DNA from: an uncultured delta proteobacterium
Lineage (GTDB): Bacteria > Myxococcota_A > Polyangia > Polyangiales > Polyangiaceae
Direction: 5' to 3'
NCBI GenBank assembly: GCA_963841435.1
Contig: CAWJCS010000006.1
Location: 960,001 to 1,024,000, forward strand
Length of the DNA stretch: 64,000 nt
Part shown: positions 47,164-56,397 of the stretch, piece after piece
Layout of the letters: each line of letters begins with the position of its first letter
How positions within the stretch are numbered: the first letter of the stretch is position 1
Translations under genes and position numbers: made by a program
Notes under the pieces: model-generated
Database searches by the model: none
Told to the model about the DNA's origin: nothing
The model's input: only the letters and a program-made list of their open reading frames with translations

Positions 47164-48147
47164 TCACGGCAGGAGCACGGTGCTGCCCGTCGTCGTGCGC
47201 GACTCCAGCGCGCGATGCGCGTCGGCGGCCGCGGCGAGCGGGAAGTGCTGCCCGATGGTCACTTTCACGGCGCCGCGCGCGAGCACGTCGAAGAGCGCAT
47301 TCGCCGATTGGGTCAGCTCCTCGCGCGTGCGCACGTAGTCGCCGAGCATCGGGCGCGTGAGGTAGAGCGAGCCCTTGGCGGCGAGCAGCAGCGGATCGAG
47401 CGGATCGGGGCGGCCGGAGGCGTTGCCGAAGGCCACGAGCAGGCCGCGTGGTGCCAGACAATCGAGTGAGGCGAGCAGCGTCGCCTTGCCGACGGCGTCG
47501 TAGACCACGCGCGCGCCGCGTCCTCCCGTGAGCCGGCGCACGCTCGCCGGGAGCTCGCCATTCGCCGAGCGCAAAACGTCGCTCGCTCCGTGTGCCCGGA
47601 CGAGGTCCGCCTTCGGCTCGGAGCTCACGACGCCAATCACGCGCACGCCGAGCGCCGTGAGCCATTGCACGAGAATGAGCCCAACGCCGCCGGCCGCGGC
47701 GTGCACGACGGCCACGTCCCCCGGCTCGAGGTGCAGCGTGCGCCGTGCGAGATACTCGGCGGTCATGCCCTTCAGCAGCGCTCCGGCGGCGATCTCGTCA
47801 CTGATCGAATCGGGCAAGAGCACGAGCCGGTCGGCGGCGACCACGCGCGCTTCCGCGTATGCGCCGTGCCCTGCCTGGGCGTAGCCGACCCGGGCGCCAG
47901 GTTGGAGCGCGACGCCCGGACCCACGGCTTGGACGACGCCCACGGCCTCGACACCGAGAACGGCCGGCAGGGGCAGCGCATAGAGTCCGGAGCGATGATA
48001 GGTGTCGATGAAGTTTACGCCGATGGCGCGGTGCTTCACGAGCGCCTCTCCGGGTCCCGGCGGTGCGAGGTCGATCGACTCGAAGCAGAGCACTTCCGGC
48101 CCACCCGTTTCGTGGATGCGGATCGCCTTCGTCACGCGTTGAAGCAT
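47164..48147 (-). CDS. qor: NADPH:quinone oxidoreductase (zeta-crystallin family)
   Basis: GGPEVL, GVNFIDTY.RSG.Y, HAAAGGVG, FGNASG, TTGS. Confidence 0.93.
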   Translation of the reverse strand: MLQRVTKAIRIHETGGPEVLCFESIDLAPPGPGEALVKHRAIGVNFIDTYHRSGLYALPLPAVLGVEAVGVVQAVGPGVALQPGARVGYAQAGHGAYAEARVVAADRLVLLPDSISDEIAAGALLKGMTAEYLARRTLHLEPGDVAVVHAAAGGVGLILVQWLTALGVRVIGVVSSEPKADLVRAHGASDVLRSANGELPASVRRLTGGRGARVVYDAVGKATLLASLDCLAPRGLLVAFGNASGRPDPLDPLLLAAKGSLYLTRPMLGDYVRTREELTQSANALFDVLARGAVKVTIGQHFPLAAAADAHRALESRTTTGSTVLLP

Positions 48148-48180
48148 GTGGTATTCGACGCGTTTCGGGAAGTGGCCCCT

Positions 48181-49278
48181 ATGTCAACTGGTTCAACCAT
48201 CGATCTCCGCCTCAAGGCGCAACGCATGTCCCAGGCGGAGCGTGCCAAAGTCATGCAAGGCTTGGGGTTCGGTCGGATCTTCACCGAGCACATGGTGACG
48301 ATCCGCTACGCCGACGGCGCTTGGGGTCGCGGCGAGGTGGTTCCTTATGCCCCGCTGTCGCTCGATCCGGCGGCGTCGGTGCTGCACTACGGGCAGGCGG
48401 TGTTCGAGGGCTTCAAGGCTTACCGGCAGCCCGACGGCGGCATCGCGACCTTCCGCCCCGAGGCCAACGCCAGGCGCTTCGGCGAGTCGACGGCGCGGCT
48501 CGCGATGCCTGCGCTGTCCGTCGAGCGCTTCGTCGAGGCCGCGGACACGCTCATCCGCACCGAGCGGGACTGGGTGCCGTCGGGAGCGGGGGAGAGCCTG
48601 TACGTCAGGCCGTTCTCGATCGCGACGGAAGCGGCGCTCGGCGTGCGCCCCGCCAGGGAGTACCTGTTCGTGTTGTTCGGCTCGCCGTCGGGCTCCTACT
48701 TCGCGCAGGGCGTCAAGCCGGTTTCCGTGTGGCTCTGCAAGGACTACGTGCGCGCGTCGCCCGGGGGCACGGGCGCCGCCAAGTGCGCGGGCAACTACGC
48801 TGCGAGCCTCGTGGCGCAGCAGAAGGCCATCGATGCTGGCTGCCAGCAGGTGGTGTGGCTCGACGCGATCGAGCACCGCTTCGTCGAAGAGATGGGCGGG
48901 ATGAACCTGTTCTTCGTCTACAAGGAGGGGGAGCGCGTCACGCTCGTGACGCCGGCGCTGAACGGCGCGCTGCTCCCGGGCATCACGCGCGATAGCATCC
49001 TCAAGCTCGCCCCGGAGCTCGGCTACGAGACGGCGGAACGGCGCCTCTCGACCGAGGAATGGGGCCGCGACCTGGCGAACGGCACGCTCACGGAAGTGTT
49101 CGCCTGCGGGACGGCGGCCGTGGTCACGCCGGTCGGTCACGTGAAGTTCGAGGGCGGGGCGTGGACCATCCATGGCGGTGAGCCCGGGCCGGTCTCGACG
49201 CGTGTGCGAGAGACGCTCATGGCCATTCAGTACGGCCACGCCCCCGACAAGCACCGCTGGATGCACCGCGTGGTCTGA
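48181..49278 (+). CDS. ilvE: Branched-chain amino acid aminotransferase
   Basis: LHYGQAVFEGFKAY, KCAGNYA, EEMGGMN, LPGITR, CGTAAV. Confidence 0.96.
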   Translation: MSTGSTIDLRLKAQRMSQAERAKVMQGLGFGRIFTEHMVTIRYADGAWGRGEVVPYAPLSLDPAASVLHYGQAVFEGFKAYRQPDGGIATFRPEANARRFGESTARLAMPALSVERFVEAADTLIRTERDWVPSGAGESLYVRPFSIATEAALGVRPAREYLFVLFGSPSGSYFAQGVKPVSVWLCKDYVRASPGGTGAAKCAGNYAASLVAQQKAIDAGCQQVVWLDAIEHRFVEEMGGMNLFFVYKEGERVTLVTPALNGALLPGITRDSILKLAPELGYETAERRLSTEEWGRDLANGTLTEVFACGTAAVVTPVGHVKFEGGAWTIHGGEPGPVSTRVRETLMAIQYGHAPDKHRWMHRVV

Positions 49279-49320
49279 AGCCTCCGTCCCAAGACGCTGT
49301 GGGGTGCAGTTGGGGTCGGC

Positions 49321-52300
49321 TCAGCTCTTCCGACCCCTGCGTCGTTCGAGCAGGATCTCGGCGGCCGACCGACCGCGCGCGGTGCCAGCGGGCGGGGGTG
49401 CGGCCGAGTCGCGCGGCGCGGGCGAGCGCGGCTCGTGTCGTGTGGGCGAGGGAGCGCCGGGCGTTGCGGGGGCAGGGCGACTGCTCGGGCTTTCGCCGAG
49501 CGGCGTGCGAAGGCGCTCGACTTCGGCTCGCGCGGCACGCGCACGGGCGCGTCCACGGCGCAGCGCCTCCAGGCTGCCGCCCGCGGTCTCAGTCGCGGGG
49601 ACGGAGCTCGGACGGCCTCGCGCGGTGGGTGTCGCCGCGGCCGCAGCTGGGTTGGAGGGTGCGTCAGAGCCCGCCTGGTGCTCGGCCTTGGCGCGCGCTT
49701 CGCTTTCCCTCTCGCGTCGCCGCCGGGCGCGCTCGCCGCGCCGTGCCGCCCGGCGCGAGAGGTATCCACCGACGGCGTCGGGCAGCGCGAGCCGCCGCGC
49801 CGTGACCATCGCCAACAAACCGCAGGCGCCGAGCAGCGCAAGCAACGGCGCGAGGCTCGAGTAGGCGAAGCGTCGCGGAGGCCGGTCGTTGAAGACACCC
49901 GCGAGCGTGTCGCGCAGGTGGCCGCCGCTGAGCTCGGCGACGCGCCGGAGCAGAGCCCGATCGGTCCCGGTGGGTCGGAGCTCCTCCCCCGCGCTCAGCG
50001 CGGCGCCCGCGAGGCCGAGCGGCGCGCCGCGTTCGTCGAGCACCGTCGTCACGTACGCCCCGGGGCGGCTCAGCGGCAGCTCCGCCGCATAGGCGCCGCT
50101 CCCGACCGCTTCGAGCTCGACCTCCGTCGTGAAGCCGTCGGGCCCCGCCACGCGCGCGCGAAGACGTCGGAAGGTCTCCGCACGTCCGCGCTCGTCGGTG
50201 AGGCTCGCGCGCACGTGCAGGACGCCGCCCTGCGCGTCGGCATCGACTCGCGCGCGCGGGTCGTCGGCGCGCCGCGCGAGGTCGCGCGCGAGCTGCCCGA
50301 ACAGGCGCGTGGCGCCGGCCCAGCTCGTCCAGGCCACGCCCCAGCGATCCTCGTAGTCGCTCGTGAACGCGGCGGCGCGCCCCACGCCCGCCGACCACGT
50401 CGCCAGGATCGGGTCGCCCTCGGGTCCACTGAGGTGCACCTGCGCGCGCGGCTTCGGGATCGTGACGACGTAGCCCGAGAGCTCGGGGCTCGTGGCGAAA
50501 TCGATGCCGCGCACCGCCGGCCCCGGCGACGCCAGGGCGGGTCGAAAGGCGAGCTCGTTGATGGCACTGCGCGTGGCGAGCACGGTTTCCTGCGCGAACA
50601 CCGCGGGCAGGCGCGTCGCATCCTCGATCAGGTAGAAGCGGCCCCCGCCAATGCGGCTCATCTGCTCCAGATCGGGCACGTCGCTGCCGTTGCCGAGGGC
50701 GACGACGCTCGTCGTCGTGCCGGACGCCTTGGCGTGCATCACGAGCGAGAACGCGCGGCTGTGCTCCTCGGCGTCGGCCCCGTCCGAAAACAGAAGGCAG
50801 TGCTTGAGCTGAGCCTTTTCGCGCGCGAGCGCGTCGTAGGCCGCGCCGAGCGCGAGATCGACGTAGATGCCGCCGCCGCCCGGTCCGACCGCGCGGATGC
50901 TCTCGGCGATGCGCTTCTTGTCGCTCACGGGACCGAGGGGGACGGTCCAGCGCACGGCCGTGTCGACGTGCATCACGCCGAGCCTGTCACCCGCGCCGAG
51001 CAGCTCCGCCGAGCGCACGGCGGCTTCGTTCGCGAGCTCGAGCTTGGTCTGGCGGCCGACGCTGGCCGCCATCGAGCCCGAGTAGTCGACGGCGATGATC
51101 TCCGCGAGGCTCGCGCGCCGCCGCTCCTGCTTCACGTCGAACGAAACGGGGCTCACTTCCTCGAGCGGGGTGCGCCCATAGCCGCCCGGTCCGAGACCCC
51201 GCTCGCTCCCGAAGAGCAAAAGGCCGCCGCCCAGGTCGCGCACGTAGCTCGAGAGGGCGTCGATCTGCGTCGGTGCGAGATCGGGCGCCGGGATGTCGCT
51301 CAGCGTGACGAGGTCGTACGCCGCGAATCCGGCCACGTCGGCGGGGACGGCCGTCGGGCCGCGCGTCTCGACGCGAAACGCCGCCGCCTCGAGCGCGCGC
51401 ACGAGCGGCCGGGCGAGGGCGGGGTCGCGCGCGAGCACGAGCGCCGAGCTTTCACCCCTGACGCGCACGAACGCGGTGCCGGCATTGTCCTCGTGGGCCT
51501 GATCGAGCTCCGGATCGAGGCTCGTGAGCTCGACGTCGTAGCGGTGGAAGCCCGGCTCGGGGGCGAGCTCCCTGAGGTGCAAAACGTCCTCGCCCGCGCG
51601 GAGCTCCACCTCGCCGCGCCGGATGGGCTCGCCGTCGCGCAGGATCCTCACCTCGGCGCGCGTGGGCGCGGACGCCGAGGTCACGAGCCTGAGCTCGAGC
51701 GGCTCGCCTTCGTTGGCGCGCGACGGCATGCGCACGGCGACGAGCCGCACGTCGGGCACGGAGGCCTGATCGAGCGGCACGGCATCCACCGGCACGCCGG
51801 CGGCCACGGCGGCGAGCGCGGCGCCAAGCGCGTCCCCGCGCGTCGCCACGCCGTCCGTCAGCACGACGACGCGCCCCGCAGAATCGGCAGGCAGCTCGCC
51901 GAGCGCGTGGCGAATCGCCGCGCCGATGTCCGTGCCGTCCCGCCCGACCTCGGCGCGCTGCGGCGCGGGCAGGCGCGAGCGTGGCCGGAGCGGATCCTCC
52001 ACGGCGGCGGTCGCTCCGAACGCGACGGTGCCCACGCGGTCCTCGTCGCGCATGCCGAGCTCGGCCACGCGGAGCTCCGCGGCGATGCGCGCGTCGGCGC
52101 CCGGCACGAGATCGATGCTGCGGCTCCGGTCGATCGCGATGATCACGCCGAGCCGGTCGAGCGGGCGGCCGAGCTCGAGGCCGGTCACACCGAGCGCGGC
52201 ACAACCGAGGGTGAAAACGGCGAAGAGCTCCGTCAGGCTGCGGCGGAGGCGCGCGCTCCGTGACGAGAGGCGCTCGAGCCGCACGATGGCGATGATCACG

Positions 52301-52533
52301 AGCGCGAACGCCGGCACCGCCAAAAACGGCCGTTCGAGGCGGGCCCAGGGAAGCTCGATGCCGAAGAGCCGGGCCGCGCTCGCCGAAAGAGGCGGTGCGA
52401 GCGCGAGGACGGCGCCGAGCGCCAGCAAGGGCCGGCGCACGAGCGCGCGCGCCACGAGCCGATGAAGCACGACCACGACGAGGCCGAGCGCTCCCACCGC
52501 CTCGAGCACCGCGAAGGGCGCGGGCAGGCTCAA
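49321..52533 (-). CDS. Membrane protein with two VWA domains and a glutaminase-like domain
   Basis: TM N-terminus; MIDAS motifs DRSRS..TDG and DYSGSM..SDG; YVRDLGGGLL, GPGGY; TTG start overlaps the upstream stop. Confidence 0.85.
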   Translation of the reverse strand: MSLPAPFAVLEAVGALGLVVVVLHRLVARALVRRPLLALGAVLALAPPLSASAARLFGIELPWARLERPFLAVPAFALVIIAIVRLERLSSRSARLRRSLTELFAVFTLGCAALGVTGLELGRPLDRLGVIIAIDRSRSIDLVPGADARIAAELRVAELGMRDEDRVGTVAFGATAAVEDPLRPRSRLPAPQRAEVGRDGTDIGAAIRHALGELPADSAGRVVVLTDGVATRGDALGAALAAVAAGVPVDAVPLDQASVPDVRLVAVRMPSRANEGEPLELRLVTSASAPTRAEVRILRDGEPIRRGEVELRAGEDVLHLRELAPEPGFHRYDVELTSLDPELDQAHEDNAGTAFVRVRGESSALVLARDPALARPLVRALEAAAFRVETRGPTAVPADVAGFAAYDLVTLSDIPAPDLAPTQIDALSSYVRDLGGGLLLFGSERGLGPGGYGRTPLEEVSPVSFDVKQERRRASLAEIIAVDYSGSMAASVGRQTKLELANEAAVRSAELLGAGDRLGVMHVDTAVRWTVPLGPVSDKKRIAESIRAVGPGGGGIYVDLALGAAYDALAREKAQLKHCLLFSDGADAEEHSRAFSLVMHAKASGTTTSVVALGNGSDVPDLEQMSRIGGGRFYLIEDATRLPAVFAQETVLATRSAINELAFRPALASPGPAVRGIDFATSPELSGYVVTIPKPRAQVHLSGPEGDPILATWSAGVGRAAAFTSDYEDRWGVAWTSWAGATRLFGQLARDLARRADDPRARVDADAQGGVLHVRASLTDERGRAETFRRLRARVAGPDGFTTEVELEAVGSGAYAAELPLSRPGAYVTTVLDERGAPLGLAGAALSAGEELRPTGTDRALLRRVAELSGGHLRDTLAGVFNDRPPRRFAYSSLAPLLALLGACGLLAMVTARRLALPDAVGGYLSRRAARRGERARRRRERESEARAKAEHQAGSDAPSNPAAAAATPTARGRPSSVPATETAGGSLEALRRGRARARAARAEVERLRTPLGESPSSRPAPATPGAPSPTRHEPRSPAPRDSAAPPPAGTARGRSAAEILLERRRGRKS

Positions 52534-54428
52534 GGCCGCCGCCCTCCGGGCGTTCGGGTCACCCAGATCACGTCGAGCACCCCGCACAGAAGCGCGACCG
52601 CGCAGAGCAGCCACGCCCAGTCGGTGGTCGAATCGGCGAGCGCGCTCGCTTCCCGGACGGGGGCGTCTGCCGACGGCGCTTCAGCCCGCGCTGCGAGGTT
52701 GCTTTCGGGAGCGCTCGTGAGATTGACGGGCACGAGCGTGCTTCCGGGCCGCGCGCCCTCCCAGCTCACGAAGTAGAAGCCGGCCCGCTCCGGCCCTGGC
52801 GCGACGGCGACGCCCGCGTGGGCGGGCACCGTCAGCACGCTGCCGTCGGGGCCCTCGACGCGTACCTCGGTCGTCGGCACGGGCACGCGCAAGGAGAGGG
52901 GCTCGCCTGCGCGCGCCGGGCCCGTGATGGCGCCGCTCCGATGCGCGCGGGCCCCCTCGAGCAGATTGCGGATGAAGAGCACGAAGGACGCCCGGAGCGG
53001 CCAGGTGCTCTCGCCCACGTCGAATCCGATGACGGTTCCCGTACGCCCCGCCCCGGAGGCGTCGGCGACGAGCGCACCCTCCTGCCCAACGACGAGCGCC
53101 GCGGCTGGCCCATCGGGCACGAGGCGCCGGGTGCGCGCGACCGTGACGCCGTCGAAGCTCACGAAGCGCAGGCGCGGGTCGCTTTCCGCCCACGACGTGA
53201 TGGTCGGCTTCTCGACCACGGGTCCGACCTCGACAGTCAGGCAGCGGCCCGCCGGCGGGTTGACGATGAGGAAGTCACCCCCCGGGAGGTGATCGGGGCA
53301 GGCGCCGGCCACGACGACGAAAGCCTCGCGGGGCACGTCGGCCGTCGCCAGCGCGTCGCGCGCTGCACCGAACAGCTCGACGTCGGGGTCGCTCGCGAGC
53401 GCGCGGCCGAGCCACGGCGTCGCATCCTTCGGCGATAGGACGACCGGTAGCCGTCGTCCGGCGGGGACCCTGAGGTAGGCCCGGTCGTCCGCCCGCACGG
53501 CGTCTCCGGGCGAGAGCTCCACGACGAGCCCCATGCCCTCATCGCTCGGTGCCGCCGGGAACCCCAAGACGACGGGAGCTTCCTCGCCTGGTGCGAGGTC
53601 GAGCCGCCTCGACGCGATCGGCGACACCGTGTTGCGCTGGGACAGCGTGACGAACAACGATCGTGCGCTTTTCCCGAAGTTTTGCAGCAGCGCGAACGCC
53701 TCGATCCGATCGCGATCCCCGTCGCGGCGCCGGCCGATGTCCGCGCGCACGATGGCCACGTTGTCGACGGCCTCGCCCACGCGGACCACCTCGAGCGGGA
53801 AACCGACCCCAAGCAGTGCTTCGGGATGAGCAAGGGCGAGGTCCGTGATGGCGATGAGCCGGGGTCGCCCGGCACGCTGCTTGAGGTGGCTCGCGGCGAG
53901 CCCGAGCGCGCGCCCGAGGTCGCCTTCCACGTCTCCGGGGCGGATGCGGTCGATGGCGGCGGCGAGCCGACGCTGGTCGTGCTCCCAGGGCGACACGACC
54001 TTCGGTTCCCGCCCCGCCTGCACGACGAGGGCGTCGGCACCCGGACCGAGCCGCTCGATGACGGCGCGCGCGGCGTCCTCTGCCAGGGCGATGCGCGTCT
54101 TTCCCCCGGGGCCCACGGCGGTCATCGAGGCGCTCGCATCGACGACGATCGCGACGTGATCGGAAGCGATGCGGCCCCCGCGCGTGGCGGGGCGTGCGAC
54201 CGCGAGCGCGAGCGCCACGAGCCCGAGCGCCTCGAGGATGAGCGACACGTGGGGAACCAGGCGCCGGAACGGATGGCGGGCCAGAAGGTCGCGCTCGGCG
54301 GCTTGCCACAGCCAAATCGAGCCCACGCGCTGTCGCGCACGACGGATACGAAGCACGTATAGAAGCAGGAGCGGGACCAGCAGGCCGAGTAGGCCGAGAC
54401 CGCTCGGGCTCTCGAGCTCCAGGGGCAC
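52530..54428 (-). CDS. BatA N-terminal plus VWA domain protein
   Basis: PLLLLYVL..GSIWLW, LAVARP, VVDASASM, ITD; C-terminal TM. Confidence 0.88.
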   Translation of the reverse strand: MPLELESPSGLGLLGLLVPLLLLYVLRIRRARQRVGSIWLWQAAERDLLARHPFRRLVPHVSLILEALGLVALALAVARPATRGGRIASDHVAIVVDASASMTAVGPGGKTRIALAEDAARAVIERLGPGADALVVQAGREPKVVSPWEHDQRRLAAAIDRIRPGDVEGDLGRALGLAASHLKQRAGRPRLIAITDLALAHPEALLGVGFPLEVVRVGEAVDNVAIVRADIGRRRDGDRDRIEAFALLQNFGKSARSLFVTLSQRNTVSPIASRRLDLAPGEEAPVVLGFPAAPSDEGMGLVVELSPGDAVRADDRAYLRVPAGRRLPVVLSPKDATPWLGRALASDPDVELFGAARDALATADVPREAFVVVAGACPDHLPGGDFLIVNPPAGRCLTVEVGPVVEKPTITSWAESDPRLRFVSFDGVTVARTRRLVPDGPAAALVVGQEGALVADASGAGRTGTVIGFDVGESTWPLRASFVLFIRNLLEGARAHRSGAITGPARAGEPLSLRVPVPTTEVRVEGPDGSVLTVPAHAGVAVAPGPERAGFYFVSWEGARPGSTLVPVNLTSAPESNLAARAEAPSADAPVREASALADSTTDWAWLLCAVALLCGVLDVIWVTRTPGGRRP

Positions 54429-54438
54429 GAGCCCGAGT

Positions 54439-55125
54439 CTACGCCCGTTTGGTGCCGTCGAGGCGCGCCTCGACGGCGTCTCGATCCCTCAGGATGTCGG
54501 AGACGATCGCCTCGAAAGCGGCGAGCCCCAAACCTTGCAAAGTAGCGAGATTTGCCCGCGCGATGCGCTCGCGCAGGGGGGTGCGGACGGGCCTTTGCAC
54601 CTCGGGGCTCGCGAGCAGCGAAACGTCCAGGTAGGCGGTGCCCTCGTCGGTATCACCCCTGACCCGATCGAGTGCCGAGCGGCGCACGACCTGGATGGTG
54701 GGGTAGGGGGTGCGGCGCAGGTAGGGCACGAGGCGCTCTGCGTCCGAGAGGTCAGGGCGTGCGTCGGGGTGGAAGGCGGCCATGGCGACGGGCACCTCCC
54801 CCAAGGGGTGCCGGGCGCTGTCCTGCTCCCGGAGCACGCGCACGAAGTGTTCGAACTCGAGGCGACCGAGCCCGAGGCGCGGGTAGATGAAGAGGCCGAT
54901 GTCGGTCTGCCGAGAGGCGATCATGGTGTCGAGCGCGGCGAGCGAATGAGCGAAAAACTCCGGTGATTCCTGCCAGAAAACGCGTTCCATCACGGCGCCG
55001 TCGAGCCGGGCGCGAAGCGCCCATGGGCAGAGTCCGAAGCGCTCCACGACTTCGGTCAGGTAGCGGCGGTTGAGCCTGAGCACCTCGGCTTCGAAAGCGA
55101 GGTCGGGATCGTGCTCCGCAGCCAT
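54439..55125 (-). CDS. DUF1415-like protein
   Basis: VVERFGLCPWA, AFHP, RRTPYPTIQVVR, IARAN. Confidence 0.7.
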   Translation of the reverse strand: MAAEHDPDLAFEAEVLRLNRRYLTEVVERFGLCPWALRARLDGAVMERVFWQESPEFFAHSLAALDTMIASRQTDIGLFIYPRLGLGRLEFEHFVRVLREQDSARHPLGEVPVAMAAFHPDARPDLSDAERLVPYLRRTPYPTIQVVRRSALDRVRGDTDEGTAYLDVSLLASPEVQRPVRTPLRERIARANLATLQGLGLAAFEAIVSDILRDRDAVEARLDGTKRA

Positions 55126-55326
55126 GACCAACGCATCGTACCAAGCGCCACGCTCGACGTGTCAGCGTTCGTCGTGACCCGAACCGAAGTGACATCTTCG
55201 CGGTGAGTGCGTGTGCGTGCACGGTCCAAAGTGTCGTTGTTGCTTGACGTGATTCCGAAAGGGAGAGAAAGTGCTGTTGCTGGACGCTCCAAACCGAGAG
55301 TCCGATAACAACAAGAGGATGGATCC

Positions 55327-55434
55327 ATGGCTGCGAAGAAGAAGAAGGCACCCGCCAAGAAGCGCCGCAAGGCAAAGGCCAAGGCTGCCCCGATGCCCGC
55401 ACCGGTGAAGAAGGCGAAGCGCAAGAAGAAGTGA
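55327..55434 (+). CDS. 35-aa highly basic K/A/P-rich microprotein (histone H1-like composition)
   Basis: MAAKKKKAPAKKRRKAKAKAAPMPAPVKKAKRKKK*; AAGAGG upstream; all 15 Lys use AAG; hairpin downstream. Confidence 0.75.
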   Translation: MAAKKKKAPAKKRRKAKAKAAPMPAPVKKAKRKKK

Positions 55435-55444
55435 GTGCCCGGGC

Positions 55445-55489
55445 GCGACGCGAGCGTGGGCCGCCGGGGGTGGCCGGCGCTCGCGTCGC
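55445..55489. terminator. Hairpin between the convergent microprotein and DUF58 genes
   Basis: Perfect 12-bp stem GCGACGCGAGCG/CGCTCGCGTCGC. Confidence 0.6.
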
Positions 55490-55503
55490 CCCGAACTAAT
55501 CAA

Positions 55504-56397
55504 TCAATCGATCGAGCGGGACACGAAGCGACGCATCACGGGCTTCAACGGCTCGTTCGTCGCCGTGAGCACGTAGCTCGAGCCATGTCGGCGCGCCCAC
55601 CCACGTAGGGTGTCGGACAGCGCGCCCAGGCGTCGTAAATAGGCTGAAATTGCCGCTGGATCGGCCGTGACATCGAGCAGTGCTCCGGTCTCGGTGTCCT
55701 CGAGCGCGAGGTCCCCCTCGAGATCCGGATTGAGCTCGAGGGCGTCGAGGACCTGGACGAGGACGACATCGTGGCCGAGCGTTCGCGCGAGGCCGAGCGC
55801 CTCGATGACCGGCCCGGGGTCGAAGAAGTCACTCAGCACAACGAGCAGTCCTGGTCGCGTCGCGGACTCGACCAGGCCGCGGACGGCGCCCGGGAGATCG
55901 GTCCCGCCATGGGCCGTGACCGTCGACAGCTCGCGCAGGAGGGTGGTGATCCCGGCGCGACCCCTGCGGGTGCGACCCCGGACGCCCGCTGGCCCGTGCG
56001 ACCCGCCGGTGACGCGTGCGACCCGGAGCTCGGCGCGCTGACCCCCAGCAAGCGCCAGGTATCCGACGGCGGCAGCGATCCGCCCGGCGGTCTCGATCTT
56101 GGGTGGGGTACCGAGCTCGAGGGAGGCGGACCCGTCGAGGAGCAGGCGCACGACGGCGTCCTCTTCGGCTCGGAACAACTTGGTCACGGGCGACCCCGTG
56201 CGGGCGAACGCGTGCCAGTCGATGCGACGCAGATCGTCGCCCGGTTCGTAGGGGCGATGCTCTGCGAACTCGGCGCTGCCGCCCCGGCGACGCGAGGCAC
56301 GCTCGCCGAGGCCACCCGAGCGTGCGTCGATTTCGAGGCTGTGTTTGAGGATTTCGAGCTCGCGGAGGAAATCCGGGGTGAGAAGCTCGAGGGTCAC
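55504..56397 (-). CDS. DUF58 domain protein (MoxR-associated)
   Basis: EFAEHRPYEPGDDLRRIDW, LLDGSASL, VLSDF; own GTG start at 56397. Confidence 0.92.
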   Translation of the reverse strand: MTLELLTPDFLRELEILKHSLEIDARSGGLGERASRRRGGSAEFAEHRPYEPGDDLRRIDWHAFARTGSPVTKLFRAEEDAVVRLLLDGSASLELGTPPKIETAGRIAAAVGYLALAGGQRAELRVARVTGGSHGPAGVRGRTRRGRAGITTLLRELSTVTAHGGTDLPGAVRGLVESATRPGLLVVLSDFFDPGPVIEALGLARTLGHDVVLVQVLDALELNPDLEGDLALEDTETGALLDVTADPAAISAYLRRLGALSDTLRGWARRHGSSYVLTATNEPLKPVMRRFVSRSID

